The translations under genes were made by a program, and so were the position numbers. This document shows, piece after piece, positions 1 through 11,559 of a stretch of DNA of 64,000 nucleotides (within the stretch, counting starts at the first letter, position 1; each line of letters begins with the position of its first letter). The stretch is from positions 496,001 through 560,000 of the forward strand of contig NC_134027.1 of NCBI RefSeq assembly GCF_964204645.1. Reading direction: 5' to 3'. The notes below the pieces were generated by a model. That model did not search any database and was not told where the DNA came from. It saw nothing but the letters and a program-made list of their open reading frames with translations. This DNA comes from Tubulanus polymorphus (Eukaryota; Animalia; Nemertea).

Positions 1-112
1 TGCTGCAAAATTAACTTATCATTCGTTAATCAGTTTTTATCGAAAACCCGAATCAGTGATACATGCATTCATGAATATCCATCTAATATTTTGTTTTATT
101 TTATCTTTACAG

Positions 113-139
113 GATTTATCACCGATACAGCACGTGGAC
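113..139 (+). CDS. Gene A micro-exon a (27 nt, phase 0/0): DLSPIQHVD; upstream exons lie outside the window
   Basis: Acceptor ttatctttacag at 101-112 and donor gtaaga at 140; frame is continuous with the downstream exons; paralogous exons at 55391-55417 and 47573-47611 share the same acceptor intron. Confidence 0.65.
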
Positions 140-2054
140 GTAAGACATTAAACATTGATCTTGAATTTTAAGTTCAAACTAATTTATTTTTTATCTCACT
201 CGGGACTATAGTTATTGCGTTCACTTTGCGTCCAGTTGTCTCGGCTAGTTTTTGATTTATCGTGTTGATAATTGGTTTATATACTCAAACTACTCAAACT
301 CAAAATATTGGCACAATTGGAATTAAGATGGCGGACTTGTATGACCATTTTTTTCCCCGGCAAAATCAGCGCTTTAGGATCAATTCTGTTGTTGTTATAT
401 TACATTGAAATCAGAGTTTAATATATATCAGTATAGAGCAGGTTTTTGCTCTAGTTATAAATAAAGTTATAAATAATCTCATGACATGTTCTGTATATGT
501 GTAGTGAGTTTCAATGTCTTTGGTTCCTTTTAAACCAGGGGGAGTTAAATTTGAAAATGTCAGATCGTCGAGCATTTCAGACCACTTCCAAAGTGGGTCC
601 CTGCACCCCTAGTTATACCGTTAATATTTTAATAATACATTAATATTTTTATTTGATAGAATATATTGATATACCATACATTGATATCGGTCTTGTAATT
701 GGATCAACAACCATGAGATCAAAACACAGCAAATATGAACCTGCTGTGAATCAATAGATTTGTGATAAATGTAATGAAATTGTTATTTTTCATATTGACT
801 TTTTGAGTTAAGGGTCTGTTGTATAAGAGTATTTGGTCTCGCGTGTCAATGTATGATATCAATCTGTTGTATTTCCTCGTTCCAATGTTTAAAAGGTGTT
901 CGTCACCTTATATTAATATCCTCCGTGTTTAGAAACCTGTGCGTATTACTTTTACCGTTAGATGGCGCCATAAGTGTGATATTTGATATATGGGATACCC
1001 GCAAAACCAGCTATTCCACCAGATGGCGCAACGAGTAGTAGGTCGTTCGTTGTCAAAATTAGTTCATTTTCGATGAACTTTGAACTGGTTTGAAGAAGAA
1101 ATACTTTCATTCTTCTACTCTGATATCGGTTTAGTTTTCATTAATAATTGATTCATTTAAGAGAACAATTCATTCAGATTTAATTGAAATGTACAAGAAA
1201 ATCGAACGCAGACGACCAACTATTTACTAGCGACACCTGGTGGATCCTCGCCTGCCATAAGTGGAATCCTCGATTGCCACAGTAAGACTGCGGGTATCCC
1301 ATTGTTTGGCGTGTGATAAAGTAAAGTTAGAAAACGAATGTTTAACTTTGTTGTGAAATGAAAGCGTTTTGGAGATTTTTAAACCGATCAAATCAATATT
1401 TTGATATTACGCTTGAAACCCTTCCCACTCATATTCTGCTTACTAAGTATATATTCTAGTTTCCGTGGAAATCATGGTGAGTGGCGCCATCTATACAGTG
1501 GAGTTAGCTTTATAAATCGAGTATGATTCGACAAGTGGCTCCATCTATTCCCTAATACTGAAGCGAGGTAACCAGCAGCGCCCTCATATACAGGAAATGA
1601 ACGCCTATCAAGTTTAACAATGCACGGTGTATTGACCACAGCGACCGGTGATAATTATATCAATGTTGATTAGCTATTGCCATAGACAGGTCCGTAGCGT
1701 TTGACTGGACCAGAACGGGGCCCCCTAACCAAAACAAATTTTGAAAACGTGCCCAGATAAATTGCCTCTGGGAGATTGATTAACGAGGTTTTGATTGAAT
1801 GAACAAATTTTAATATTTGTAAGTTTAACATTTCTGTTTTTAATTTTTCTTTGTAAGGAACTGAATTTTCGAACCCCCCTGAACCGCTTCAAGCTACGTT
1901 CCTGATATAGTGCTAGCTATACCTGAATACTTTTCTCTTATTGAAATTGTCTAAAAAACCAGCACCTTGAACTAATGAACGTCATAATGAAAATGTTTAA
2001 AAATTCAACCGTTAATGAATTTGACTAATGTATCTTTTTTATTTTCATTTCTAG

Positions 2055-2093
2055 CGTCAGTTTGCCTCAGAGGCTGGGTCGCCGTCGCTTAAT
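2055..2093 (+). CDS. Gene A micro-exon b (39 nt, phase 0/0): RQFASEAGSPSLN
   Basis: ttttcatttctag acceptor and gtaagt donor; the paralogous exon at 53438-53476 has the same length and conserves SPSLN through synonymous codons. Confidence 0.75.
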
Positions 2094-2303
2094 GTAAGTA
2101 TCAGTGACGCCCTCAATCTCACATGCCTCACTTCCCTCCTAATGTAACCATTTTTATGAAATTCCTCAAGAAAATATATACTGATAATCTTAGAATACAC
2201 GTTTTTGTACCCAGACCCCTTCATTCTACTGAACTACCGTGTAATCAGTACCTGTTGTGTTCATTTTCTGTTGCATTGATTTATATATTATTTCTATTTA
2301 TAG

Positions 2304-2373
2304 TTGTCAAACAACAGCAGCAGCAGCAGCGCACCCCTCCCGCCGGAGACGCCTCCCGACCTGCAAGCAAGAA
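2304..2373 (+). CDS. Gene A exon c (70 nt, phase 0/1): LSNNSSSSSAPLPPETPPDLQAR
   Basis: tttctatttatag acceptor and gtaagt donor; phase 1 matches exon d; a spliced c/d-type junction is physically present at 42236-42245. Confidence 0.75.
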
Positions 2374-3204
2374 GTAAGTTCAGTCTTCAAATACAATTTC
2401 AACGCATTCAATTTTTTGTATGGCGTTAAAACGGTTAAAGTTGTGACTAGTTTTCATAACTCCGTGACGTCAGGTGTGAGACAAAATACAATATCATATT
2501 TCCATCGAGTACCGGACCCTTTCCTATGTTTTTTGCCAATTTGGATTGAATGATCGCCAGCGGTTTTTCTATACAACCCGGCTCTGCTGTATTGCATTTA
2601 GCCATCCTTTTTCTTGGCGTTTTTTATAAGAAGGTGTTTGATTTTGTCTCTAAGGGATTTAGGAATTTAAGAGACACTTGTACTCTCTATGCAGTGAGTT
2701 TGTTCTGTTTTTGTTCCCTCGTGAATTTTATTTTTGTTTGAATCAAATCAAATCAGTGCATCTTTCTTGAATTGCGTGTATGTTATAATATTATGTAAGT
2801 TATAACGTTAAAATATCTGTTATATTTAAACCGAATATTTAATTGTTGTATTTTGAATGCGATAATGCCGCTCCCTGCTAAAGTCCAGCGTCGTCGTCGT
2901 GAGGGATGCGGTCATCTGTTCGGGCCCTGATTACGTTCTGTGTTCATCCTGTTTGGCTACATCGGGCGTTATATGAGTTAATCCTTCCTGGACTTGCGGA
3001 TTGTGGTCGGAAGATCTATGGGTTCGGGCCGAGAAGTCCCAGAAACAGAAAGTACAGTTTCTGTCGATGTACCGATTGATGTCTCTATTTCAGAAAGTAA
3101 CAGCGGTCGCCAGCTGTACTAGCACGGTTGGTTTCCCAACTCCATTCTCTGAGGAGGATCGCTGGTTCTCTAGTGCCGGTCAGTCACCAGTCAATCAATG
3201 GTTC

Positions 3205-4085
3205 AGCTGGCATCCCAGGGTATTGAACATCCAGTCCGGTCCGGTCCAGGCATCACTGGGAACTGTACATCCAGTCTGGTCCGGTCCAGGCATCACCGGG
3301 TACTGAACATCTGGTCCGGTCCGGCAGCTTTGAGCACCAGTCCATTCCAGACATCACTGGGTACTGAACATCCAGTCCGGTCCGGTCCAGGCATCACCGG
3401 GTACTGAACATCCAGTCCGGTCCGGTCCAGGCATCACTGGGAACTGTACATCCAGTCCGGTCCGGTCCAGGCATCACTGGCAACTGTACATCCAGTCCGG
3501 TCCGGTCCAGGCATCACCGGGTACTGAACATCTGGTCCGGTCCGGCAGCTTCGAGCACCAGTCCATTCCAGGCATCACCGGGTACTGAACATCCAGTCCG
3601 GTCCGGTCCAGGCATCACTGGGAACTGTACATCCAGTCCGGTCCGGTCCAGGCATCACTGGGAACTGTACATCCAGTCCGGTCCGGTCCAGGCATCACTG
3701 GGAACTGTACATCCAGTCTGGTCCGGTCCAGGCATCACCGGGTACTGAACATCCAGTCCCGTCCGGTCCAAGCATCACTGGGTACTGAACATCCAGTCTG
3801 GTCCGGTCCAGGCATCACTGGGTACTGAACATCCAGTCTGGTCTGGTCCAGGCATCACTGGGAACTGTACATCCAGTCCGGTCCGGTCCAGGCATCATCA
3901 GGTACTGAACATCCGGTCTGGTCCGGTCCAGGTATCACCGGGAACTGAACATCTGGTCCGGTCCGGTCCAGGCATCACTGGGAACTGTACATCCAGTCTG
4001 GTCCGGTCCAGGCATCATCAGGTACTGAACATCCGGTCTGGTCCGGCCAAGGCATCATCAGGTACTGAACATCCGGTCTGGTCCG
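3205..4085. repeat. ~40-bp minisatellite (ccagtccggtccggtccaggcatcactgggaactgtacat), ~21 copies; inverted copy at 51470-52260
   Basis: Tandem units read directly from the sequence. Confidence 0.95.
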
Positions 4086-4249
4086 GGCGGCCTGGCATCA
4101 ATGTTTCGAATTTGAAACATAGTTATTATGGCTCTAGGTTTGGTAGAGGGCGCTATTCTACCAGACGCAGGAGTAAGGTCACCTTCACTGATATCGAGGA
4201 TGGATCGAGAGATTATGATTGATTCTGTAGGAACCATCATCATTCATCA

Positions 4250-4733
4250 GTTCACGTCGAGGGACCGTTTAGGAAGTTCATGTCTTTCACGTCGAGGGAC
4301 CGTTTAGGAAGTTCACGTCTTTCACGTCTAGGGACCGTTTAGGAAGTTCACGTCTTTCACGTCGAGGGACCGTTTAGGAAGTTCACGTCTTTCACGTCGT
4401 GGGACCGTTTAGGAAGTTCACGTCTTTCACGTCGAGGGACCGTTTAGGAAGTTCACGTCTTTCACGTCGAGGGACCGTTTAGGAAGTTCATGTCTTTCAC
4501 GTCGAGGGACCGTTTAGGAAGTTCATGTCTTTCACGTTGAGGGACCGTTTAGGAAGTTCACGTCTTTTACGTCGAGGGACCGTTTAGGAAGTTCATCTCT
4601 TTCACGTCGAGGGACCGTTTAGGAAGTTCACGTCTTTCACGTCGAGGGACCGTTTAGGAAGTTCATGTCTTTCACGTCGAGGGACCCTTTAGGAAGTTCA
4701 TGTCTTTCACATCGAGGGACCGTTTAGGAAGTC
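4250..4733. repeat. 35-bp minisatellite (ttcacgtcgagggaccgtttaggaagttcacgtct), ~14 copies; the inverted copy at 50716-51305 has more units
   Basis: Tandem units read directly from the sequence. Confidence 0.95.
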
Positions 4734-4983
4734 GTCACAATAATCGGGATTTCCGTGATTTCGAAAGTAAGATGTTATTGTCATTGTAAGCTACCGCAGT
4801 TACAGGTAAGCCTATTCTTGATTGCCCGGTTAGAAGTTCAGTTATTCGGAATTCTGACTCTGAATTTCTGAGGGGTAGCATCTGATTTCAACGAGGATCT
4901 AGTTCCTGCAGCAATAAGCTTCGGGTTGCCGCTCACAACGGAAGCTCATAACACGGTTAGCCATGCCTGCAGGGGATATGCTA

Positions 4984-5585
4984 TTTTTTACCCCTCAGCC
5001 ATAGGACGCAAGGGGTAAAAAATCACTTATGTCCGGACGGGCGGGCTGTTTGTTTTTGACATATACAGGTCATCCAAGATGGCCGCCACAGCCATTGCAA
5101 TGTGTTAAATAGCCATTTGAAGCTTGTTATCGCTCTACAGACTTAAGTTTTTCATTGATTTTCTTGTGACTTGGTTTGTTTGTTTGAGGTGTGAGATGGA
5201 TGAGCCCTATTATTTTTGACATATATAGGTCATCCAAGATGGCCACCACGGTTGTTTTAATGTGAGAAATAGCTATATTTTGGAGCTTGTTTTCCACTGT
5301 ACAATCTACAGTTTTATACTGATTTTCTTATCACGTGCTATGTGGATTGAAGGCATAAGGATCGATGAACTCTACTGTGTTTGATGTGTGTAGGCCACCA
5401 CAGTTATATCAGTGTCTTGAATAGCCGATTTGGAGCTTGTTACTGCTCTAAGATGTAGAAGCTTAGAGGATTATAATTTTATTCATACTTGTACTGTGGT
5501 TTATTTATGGTGGTCAGAGGATGAGCCCTATTACAATTTTGCATTCTCTACTTGACTCACTGGTCAAGGGTTAATATCTAGTTTG
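4984..5585 (+). mobile_element. Helentron/HINE (DINE-1/pearl-like) non-autonomous element nested in the DIRS-like element; inverted copy at ~49865-50465
   Basis: 5' inverted repeat tttttacccct...aggggtaaaaa, about three ~165-bp internal tandem cores (catccaagatggcc...), 3' hairpin CTTGAC-tcactg-GTCAAG followed by CTAG-TTT. Confidence 0.6.
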
Positions 5586-5899
5586 TTAAATGTGGAGAAA
5601 CTCGTGCTAAGTCCTCGGCAGGTCCCCATGTCGGTGAATCACCACCACCCCCACCCCCCGGACTTTGATCTCAATATTTTGCGTGAATCGTCAGCAGTTT
5701 CAAGAGAATGGGCTCGATTAGGTGTGGAACAATTGGAATCCTCGAATGCCACAGTCGAACCTAGAGTATTAAGAGCTCAATTAGGTTCGTCTTTGCGTCT
5801 CTTCTCCGGTTGGAGTGCTCCAGTTTTGACCAAACGGAGGAATATTCGAGAGGTGCAGATTCAAGTCAACCATGCGGACTCCGTGAAAGAAGCGTTCTG

Positions 5900-6092
5900 G
5901 TCCAGCTCCAGCTCCGACAGCTGAAGGTTCAGCTCCGGCTCCGACAGCTAAAGGTTCAGCTCTGGCTCCGGCAGCTCAAGGTCCGGCTCCGGCAGCTCAA
6001 GGTCCGGCTCCGGCAGCTCAAGGTCCAGCTCTGGCTCCGGCCGCTCAAGGTTCAGCTCCGGCTCCAGCTCCGGCCGCTCAAGGTTCAGCCCG
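5900..6092. repeat. 21-27-bp tandem repeat (cagctcaaggttcagctccggctccgg), a Ser/Gly-rich gag-like tract; longer inverted copy at 49325-49550
   Basis: Tandem units; these explain ORFs 5810-6199, 49298-49588 and 49355-49639. Confidence 0.9.
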
Positions 6093-6399
6093 AACTCACA
6101 CAATGCCATCTCAAGCATCTTACTTTCTCAAGCGGCTACTGGTGGTTGGAGAACAAGTGCACAGCTCCAACATTCTCGTGCCCCTTCTGGTCAGAATAAT
6201 TCTAATTCATATCACTAAAAGGAGCTCTTCCTCTCGGAGAAACTCAAAATGAATGCTCGGGGCCAGTGAGAGGTTGTCTGCAGCAGGCAGCCACTGGTCC
6301 GTCGGTCCCGGGTCGTATCGCGGAGGCTACTGTCTTCAATTCTGAACACCTCTCGACATGCGCCCGAAAGCAGATCAGGAGACACTAATCTCGTCAGCT

Positions 6400-7140
6400 C
6401 TCAAAGATCTGGCCAAAAAGAGAGCAATAGAACCAGTACGCGACGAAGCCACATCCGGCTGGTTTTCATGAAAATTTATGCTCCTGAAAACCACAGGGCG
6501 TCGATGGACTGTCATTCCTCGAGCGGCACCTGGATATCCCGAGGCTTCCGATGACTAAAACAGGGAGGTAATTCAAGGTCTCCGTCGAGGTTAATGGGCG
6601 GCTGCATTGGACCTGAAAGATGCATATTTTCAGGTTCCTGTTCACCCGAAATCCTGTCAATTTTACAGAATAAAAGTTGAAAGGCTGCCAGTTCCAGTTC
6701 AGGTCTCTTCCAATCGGCCTCAGTACAGCCCACGCCCTGGGTATTTACCAGCTTGGGTCAAGTCCAGAAGGTACATTACAGTCCAGGGCTGGGTTTCATA
6801 GATTTGGAAGAAAAATAATTCCAGGGAACATTTTGAAATTTGTCAGTTATAACCATGGTTTCTCATTGTTAGTATGGTGGTTGTTACCAAGATTGAGGAT
6901 TTACCCCTAGGGATAACTTTGATACTCAGTCTATGAAACCGGGTCCTGGAGTATTTGTCTGTTGGTTTACCTCGACGACTGGTTACTAGTACCAAACTCG
7001 ACTATAGAATGTCAGGAGGCGAGGACCGCTGTCGTAGACTTAGTTCACCAGTTCCGCGTAAACTAAGTAAAATCTCACTTGATGCCGTCCCAACAGTTCA
7101 CATCTCCGGATCAGCACGGTCTTTCCGTCCATGGCTCGAG
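6400..7140 (+). pseudogene. Reverse transcriptase remnant (DIRS-type), frameshifted and interrupted by a MITE
   Basis: DLKDAYFQVPVHP, LPIGLSTA and YLDDWL motifs fall in different frames and are separated by stops. Confidence 0.8.
6783..6949. mobile_element. MITE inserted in the RT remnant
   Basis: Imperfect TIRs ccagggctgggtttcataga / tctatgaaaccgggtcctgg. Confidence 0.65.
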
Positions 7141-7585
7141 TAGCCAAACTTCAAGAAGCGTAGTTACCACAAACGAGAGGACAGCTAGTTATCGGTGACG
7201 CCTGTGGCTAAATGCAATACCGCAGTGCCAGGGATCGTATCTCTGGCTATCTACACATTCAGAGAATATTAACTAAAACCATAGGAAAGGGTCAAGCACT
7301 ACTCCGAAAAAAAACTAATTTTATTTCCAAAAAATTATGATATTATATGGATTGCATGCTGTGTGGAAGAAGTTTTCAAAATTATTTAGGAGCTTATTAT
7401 AATTTGAATGCATGAATTGAGAGCAATTTGAAATGTATTGATATCCGAAAGTGTCTCCATTGACTTCACTCATTCACCTGATGAAGCTTCTATACATTAG
7501 TACCCAAAGCTTGTGTGTCAAATAAACTAGTTACACGTCCTATAAAGTACTACTTGTCTCGTTATATATTCTAAACCCCAGTTAA

Positions 7586-8398
7586 CAATTCCAGTAAGTC
7601 AGGTTTAGGGAATAGATATTTAAACCTTGAGATGATACCGATGTGATACAATTCCAGTAAGTCAGGTTTAGGGAATAGATATTTAAACCTTCAGATGAAA
7701 CCGATGTGATACAATTCCAGTAAGTCAAGTTTAGGGAATAGATATTTAAACCTTCAGATGAAACCGATGTAATACAATTCCAGTAAGTCAGGTTTAGGGA
7801 ATAGATATTTAAACCTTGAGATTAAACCGATGTGATACAATTCCAGTAAGTCAGGTTTAGGGAATAGATATTTAAACCTTGAGATGATACCGATGTGATA
7901 CAATTCCAGTAAGTCAGGTTTAGGGAATAAATATTTAAACCTTGAGATGATACCGATGTAATACAATTCCAGTAAGTCAGGTTTAGGGAATAGATATTTA
8001 AACCTTGAGATTAAACCGATGTGATACAATTCCAGTAAGTCAGGTTTAGGGAATAGATATTTAAACCTTGAGATGAAACCGATGTGATACAATTCCAGTA
8101 AGTCAGGTTTAGGGAATAGATATTTAAACCTTGAGATGAAACCGATGTGATACAATCCCAGTAAGTCAGGTTTAGGGAATAGATATTTAAACCTTGAGAT
8201 TAAACCGATGTGATACAATTCCAGTAAGTCAGGTTTAGGGAATAGATATTTAAACCTTGAGATTAAACCGATGTAATACAATTCCAGTAAGTCAGGTTTA
8301 GGGAATAGATATTTAAACCTTGAGATGATACCGATGTGATACAATTCCAGTAAGTCAGGTTTAGGGAATAGATATTTAAACCTTGAGATGATACCGAT
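7586..8398. repeat. 63-bp minisatellite, ~13 copies (minus strand reads a 21-aa repeat YHIGIISRFKYLFPKPDLLEL)
   Basis: Unit acaattccagtaagtcaggtttagggaatagatatttaaaccttgagatgataccgatgtgat. Confidence 0.95.
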
Positions 8399-8856
8399 GA
8401 ATTTAGCAATTTTGAATGAATTAAACCAATATGAGATTTCGATCCTAAGAATATTGGAAGCTTGTGTTTAACGTTACTAAATAGTAATATTATATAAAGC
8501 TAGAAGGACACGAGGGTATCCATTTTTTTGCCCGATCGCAACGATTAAATTTGCCGGTGAATTTATACGCCCGATACGAGTGGGTACCGATCTATCTATA
8601 AATCGGCCGTCACGGTGATTTCGTCGCCCGCCAACATTAAACATGTTCTATATTTACGCCGGTGTTCGGGTCACTTGTTAATTCGCTCGTCTTGTCGGCA
8701 AGCTTAAAAAGATTTAGAAAAAACTACATATTCTTCTTCCTGAATAAACTGGATTCACCTGGGTTCAGTTTCATGAGACACAGTTCAAACTGCTCTTGAA
8801 TTTGAGTTTGTAATTAATGTATGTGATTATAATGAATTGTATTTTTTGTTTTACAG

Positions 8857-8922
8857 CACTGATATTTAGATTGAGTCGTGCGTTCCGGCGGGAGGAGTTC
8901 GTACGCTTATTTTTACCGGAGT
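8857..8922 (+). CDS. Gene A exon d (66 nt, phase 1/1): (T)LIFRLSRAFRREEFVRLFLPE
   Basis: ttttttgttttacag acceptor and gtaagt donor; copies at 40036-40100, 40901-40966 and 42170-42235 differ mostly at synonymous sites. Confidence 0.8.
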
Positions 8923-9517
8923 GTAAGTAGTTTAACTATTTTCATACAATATCATTTAGTGTGACGTGTGTTACTGATCCAGGAATTTTTCCAAGAGGGG
9001 GTTCATAAAAATCCTGACTTAAATCTCTAATGATAGCCGGGGCCTATACGGCATATTGTTTGGCCAAACATAAGATCATATGGTACCGGTTTTTTGGCTT
9101 GTCTCGAGTAAGCATTTACATTCCTTCAAGAAAACGAATTTTTAAAATTTTTGGTAGCTGATCAGCGGAGTCACGACCCCTGAAACCCTCCCTGGATCCG
9201 GGCCTGTGATATCTCCTCAAAATCTAATAAAAACATTCAACAAATTAATGCTATAATGACGATATGTAGCCTGTTATATCTGTCTATTTGAATGCATTTG
9301 CATAAAGAAATAGTTGCAGAATTATCAACTGCAAATAACAGTGTAACCCTAGTGGGTCTTAAGAGACGGCCAGAGCCTTTTTATAGGTTGTTATGGCTCA
9401 CAACCTGACTGAGTTAGCTGTACGGACCTGTCAGATTAGTTACTTCTAGAAGTTATGTTAGTCACATTTTCTGACTATATTCTGGAAAACAGTGGAAGCT
9501 TGTATCCACCCTAGATT

Positions 9518-9728
9518 AGAACCAATCAGAATAGAACCAATCAGAATAGAACCAATCAGAATAAAACCAATCAGAATAGAACCAATTAGAATAAAACCAA
9601 TCAGAATAGAACCAATCAGAATAAAACCAATCAGAATAAAACTAATCAGAATAGAACCAATCAGAATAGAACCAATCAGAATAGAACCAATCAGAATAGA
9701 ACCAATCAGAATAGAACCAATCAGAATA
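9518..9728. repeat. 15-bp tandem repeat AGAACCAATCAGAAT, ~14 copies (CCAAT-box-like)
   Basis: Read directly; only 2 units at the paralogous site 41545-41576. Confidence 0.95.
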
Positions 9729-10214
9729 CACTATTTTACAGAAAATGTATTTATGACAATTGCGTAAGGTTTTAGTAAAATAGTGTTTTTTCTCGAGTAG
9801 TTGCCGAAGAAGCATAAAAATTTGATTCAATTTCATTCAGATTTAAACAAACAAATCGAATTTCATTTCATTCAGCGCAAACTTCAAATCTAATTAAAAT
9901 TTTGTTCAGTATGAATAAGTTGCAAATCATTGAGAGGAAAAAATAATTAATTGTGTTACTTAAAAAAATCACAATTGTACTGTGTTTATCAAAACAGGAG
10001 ACCACAGGACCTTTGGTCCTCTAGTATTCTTTTCCTAGTTATTCCAAAAACACTAAAACAGTCCAATCAGCGATCGCTGCCAGACCAACACGATTACATT
10101 GAAATCAAACTTAAGTAACATCAGGCGCCCCCTGTTGGAATAATATTCATAGCCGTAGCATCGAAACCATTCGACTTGTTGTTTAATGTATTTCTCTCTA
10201 TTTTTATTTTACAG

Positions 10215-10447
10215 TTCTGCAAGTTTTAGAAGACTGCCCCTTTGAGGATTTGGTGGGGGAATTCAAAAGAAACTTGGTTCCCGATAGGATATTACCACCA
10301 CCGGTTAATCCTATGTCGCCCGCTGCTGCCCCTCCCCCACGTCCATTAAATTCGCCTCAGCAGCGGCCTGTCAGACAGCCGCCCCCGGCCGCCACTCGTT
10401 CGTCAGACAGAGTCCGGGGACGGCTGTTTGAAGGAGATCTGACGGAG
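10215..10447 (+). CDS. Gene A exon e (233 nt, phase 1/0): (F)LQVLEDCPFEDLVGEFKRNLVPDRILPPPVNPMSP...RVRGRLFEGDLTE
   Basis: tttttattttacag acceptor and gag|gtaaga donor; open frame overlapping ORF 10250-10570; diverged paralog at 39594-39754. Confidence 0.8.
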
Positions 10448-11559
10448 GTAAGAATCTTTATTTGTTTTCATATTTTATTCAGGATATCAGTTGAAGTTCA
10501 GCAAATAAATTACCAGACCTGTAAACAGAAGAGTAGTTATAAATTTCCATTTGCGGGTAAAACCCCATAGTCGAAAACCTTCAGTTATTGATCTATATCT
10601 GCTTAAGACCAATGGTTGTACACACGAGTGCGAAAACTTATCGCTCAAACTTTGATTGTATCCATGGTAACGCATACAGTATACTATGCGTGACTTACCG
10701 TTTCCTATCACTGGAATACAATACTGTTTTTGACCATGAGCGCCATCTGCGGCGGTCATAACGGACTGACTGGTGATTGGCTGAAATGCTCGTCTACCGT
10801 GGTGACGATTATTCGGTGTTACACGTGCAGCAGACACGTCTCTGAATATCTAACATTTGATTGTTGTAACTCATCGGGAAAAATGTGTTTATGAGTCGAT
10901 TGAGAAAATTGGCTGCGTACGTCAAGAAGGCGGCTGATATTTGTATCGTGTGACCCCTCGTCCCGGTAATATGCCGACCCATGTACACCTGAGACCAGTT
11001 GCATAGTCAGAGCTTAGAATTAAGACCGTTCTAAGACCAACTTAGTTCTATAGCCAATCTAATAACTTAAGACCAGTCTTTAGATTTAAGACCACTTTTG
11101 GACTTAAGTCTTGACCATGGAATCGGCCCCAGATGCTTATTCCGCTGTATTGGATGCTGACGTGCTCGTGTCTTCCAGCAATGTTGTTATTCACCAAAAA
11201 TATCATGTTTTGTTCGAATAACACGATTCATCTGAGTCTGGGTTTAACGGATGACACGTTCAAACAGAACTACGAAATCAATATCAGAAGTCCTTTTATA
11301 TTGAAACGGTCCCAGAAGTCCCTGTTATAATGGGTACTTTTTCAAAAAAAGTAACGAGAACTCCGATGGCTTTCCGTATCGGTAAAAACTAACTATTTCT
11401 ATGAGCGTCACTCGTAGATTTACCAAAACGCCACCTTGTGGCACGATATCCTAACTACGTATAGGTGTTTTATTTGCTGAATCGCTGGTTTCTCATTCTG
11501 ATTTTTTATGTAGTGTTTAATTTTATACTAAACAAATTTTTCACTTTTTCTCTTTACAG

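Larger units (their letters stand above)
2500..7310 (+). mobile_element. Decayed DIRS1-like (tyrosine-recombinase class) retrotransposon inside gene A intron c-d
   Basis: Imperfect inverted termini (gaccctttcctatg ~2516 vs cataggaaagggtc ~7280; gtattgcatttagcca 2589 vs tggctaaatgcaatac 7205); Cys-rich gag-like remnant at ~2900-3060; RT remnants KKRAIEPV (~6415), LDLKDAYFQVPVHP (6607), FQFRSLPIGLSTA and YLDDWLL (6968). Confidence 0.75.

Noticed and set aside
2123-2741. Track ORFs 2123-2377, 2257-2553, 2550-2741 and their inverted twins
   Set aside because: They are mostly intron read-through; only 2304-2373 behaves as an exon, and in a different frame. Their duplication reflects recent DNA duplication, not protein conservation.
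7754-8344. 196-aa repeat ORF (YHIGIISRFKYLFPKPDLLEL)n as a real gene
   Set aside because: It arises from a 63-bp intronic minisatellite, two units carry TGA, and there is no unique N- or C-terminal sequence or splice support.
9492-9836. ORFs (EPIRI)n and (YSDWF)n
   Set aside because: They are translations of a 15-bp repeat that has only two units in the paralog.
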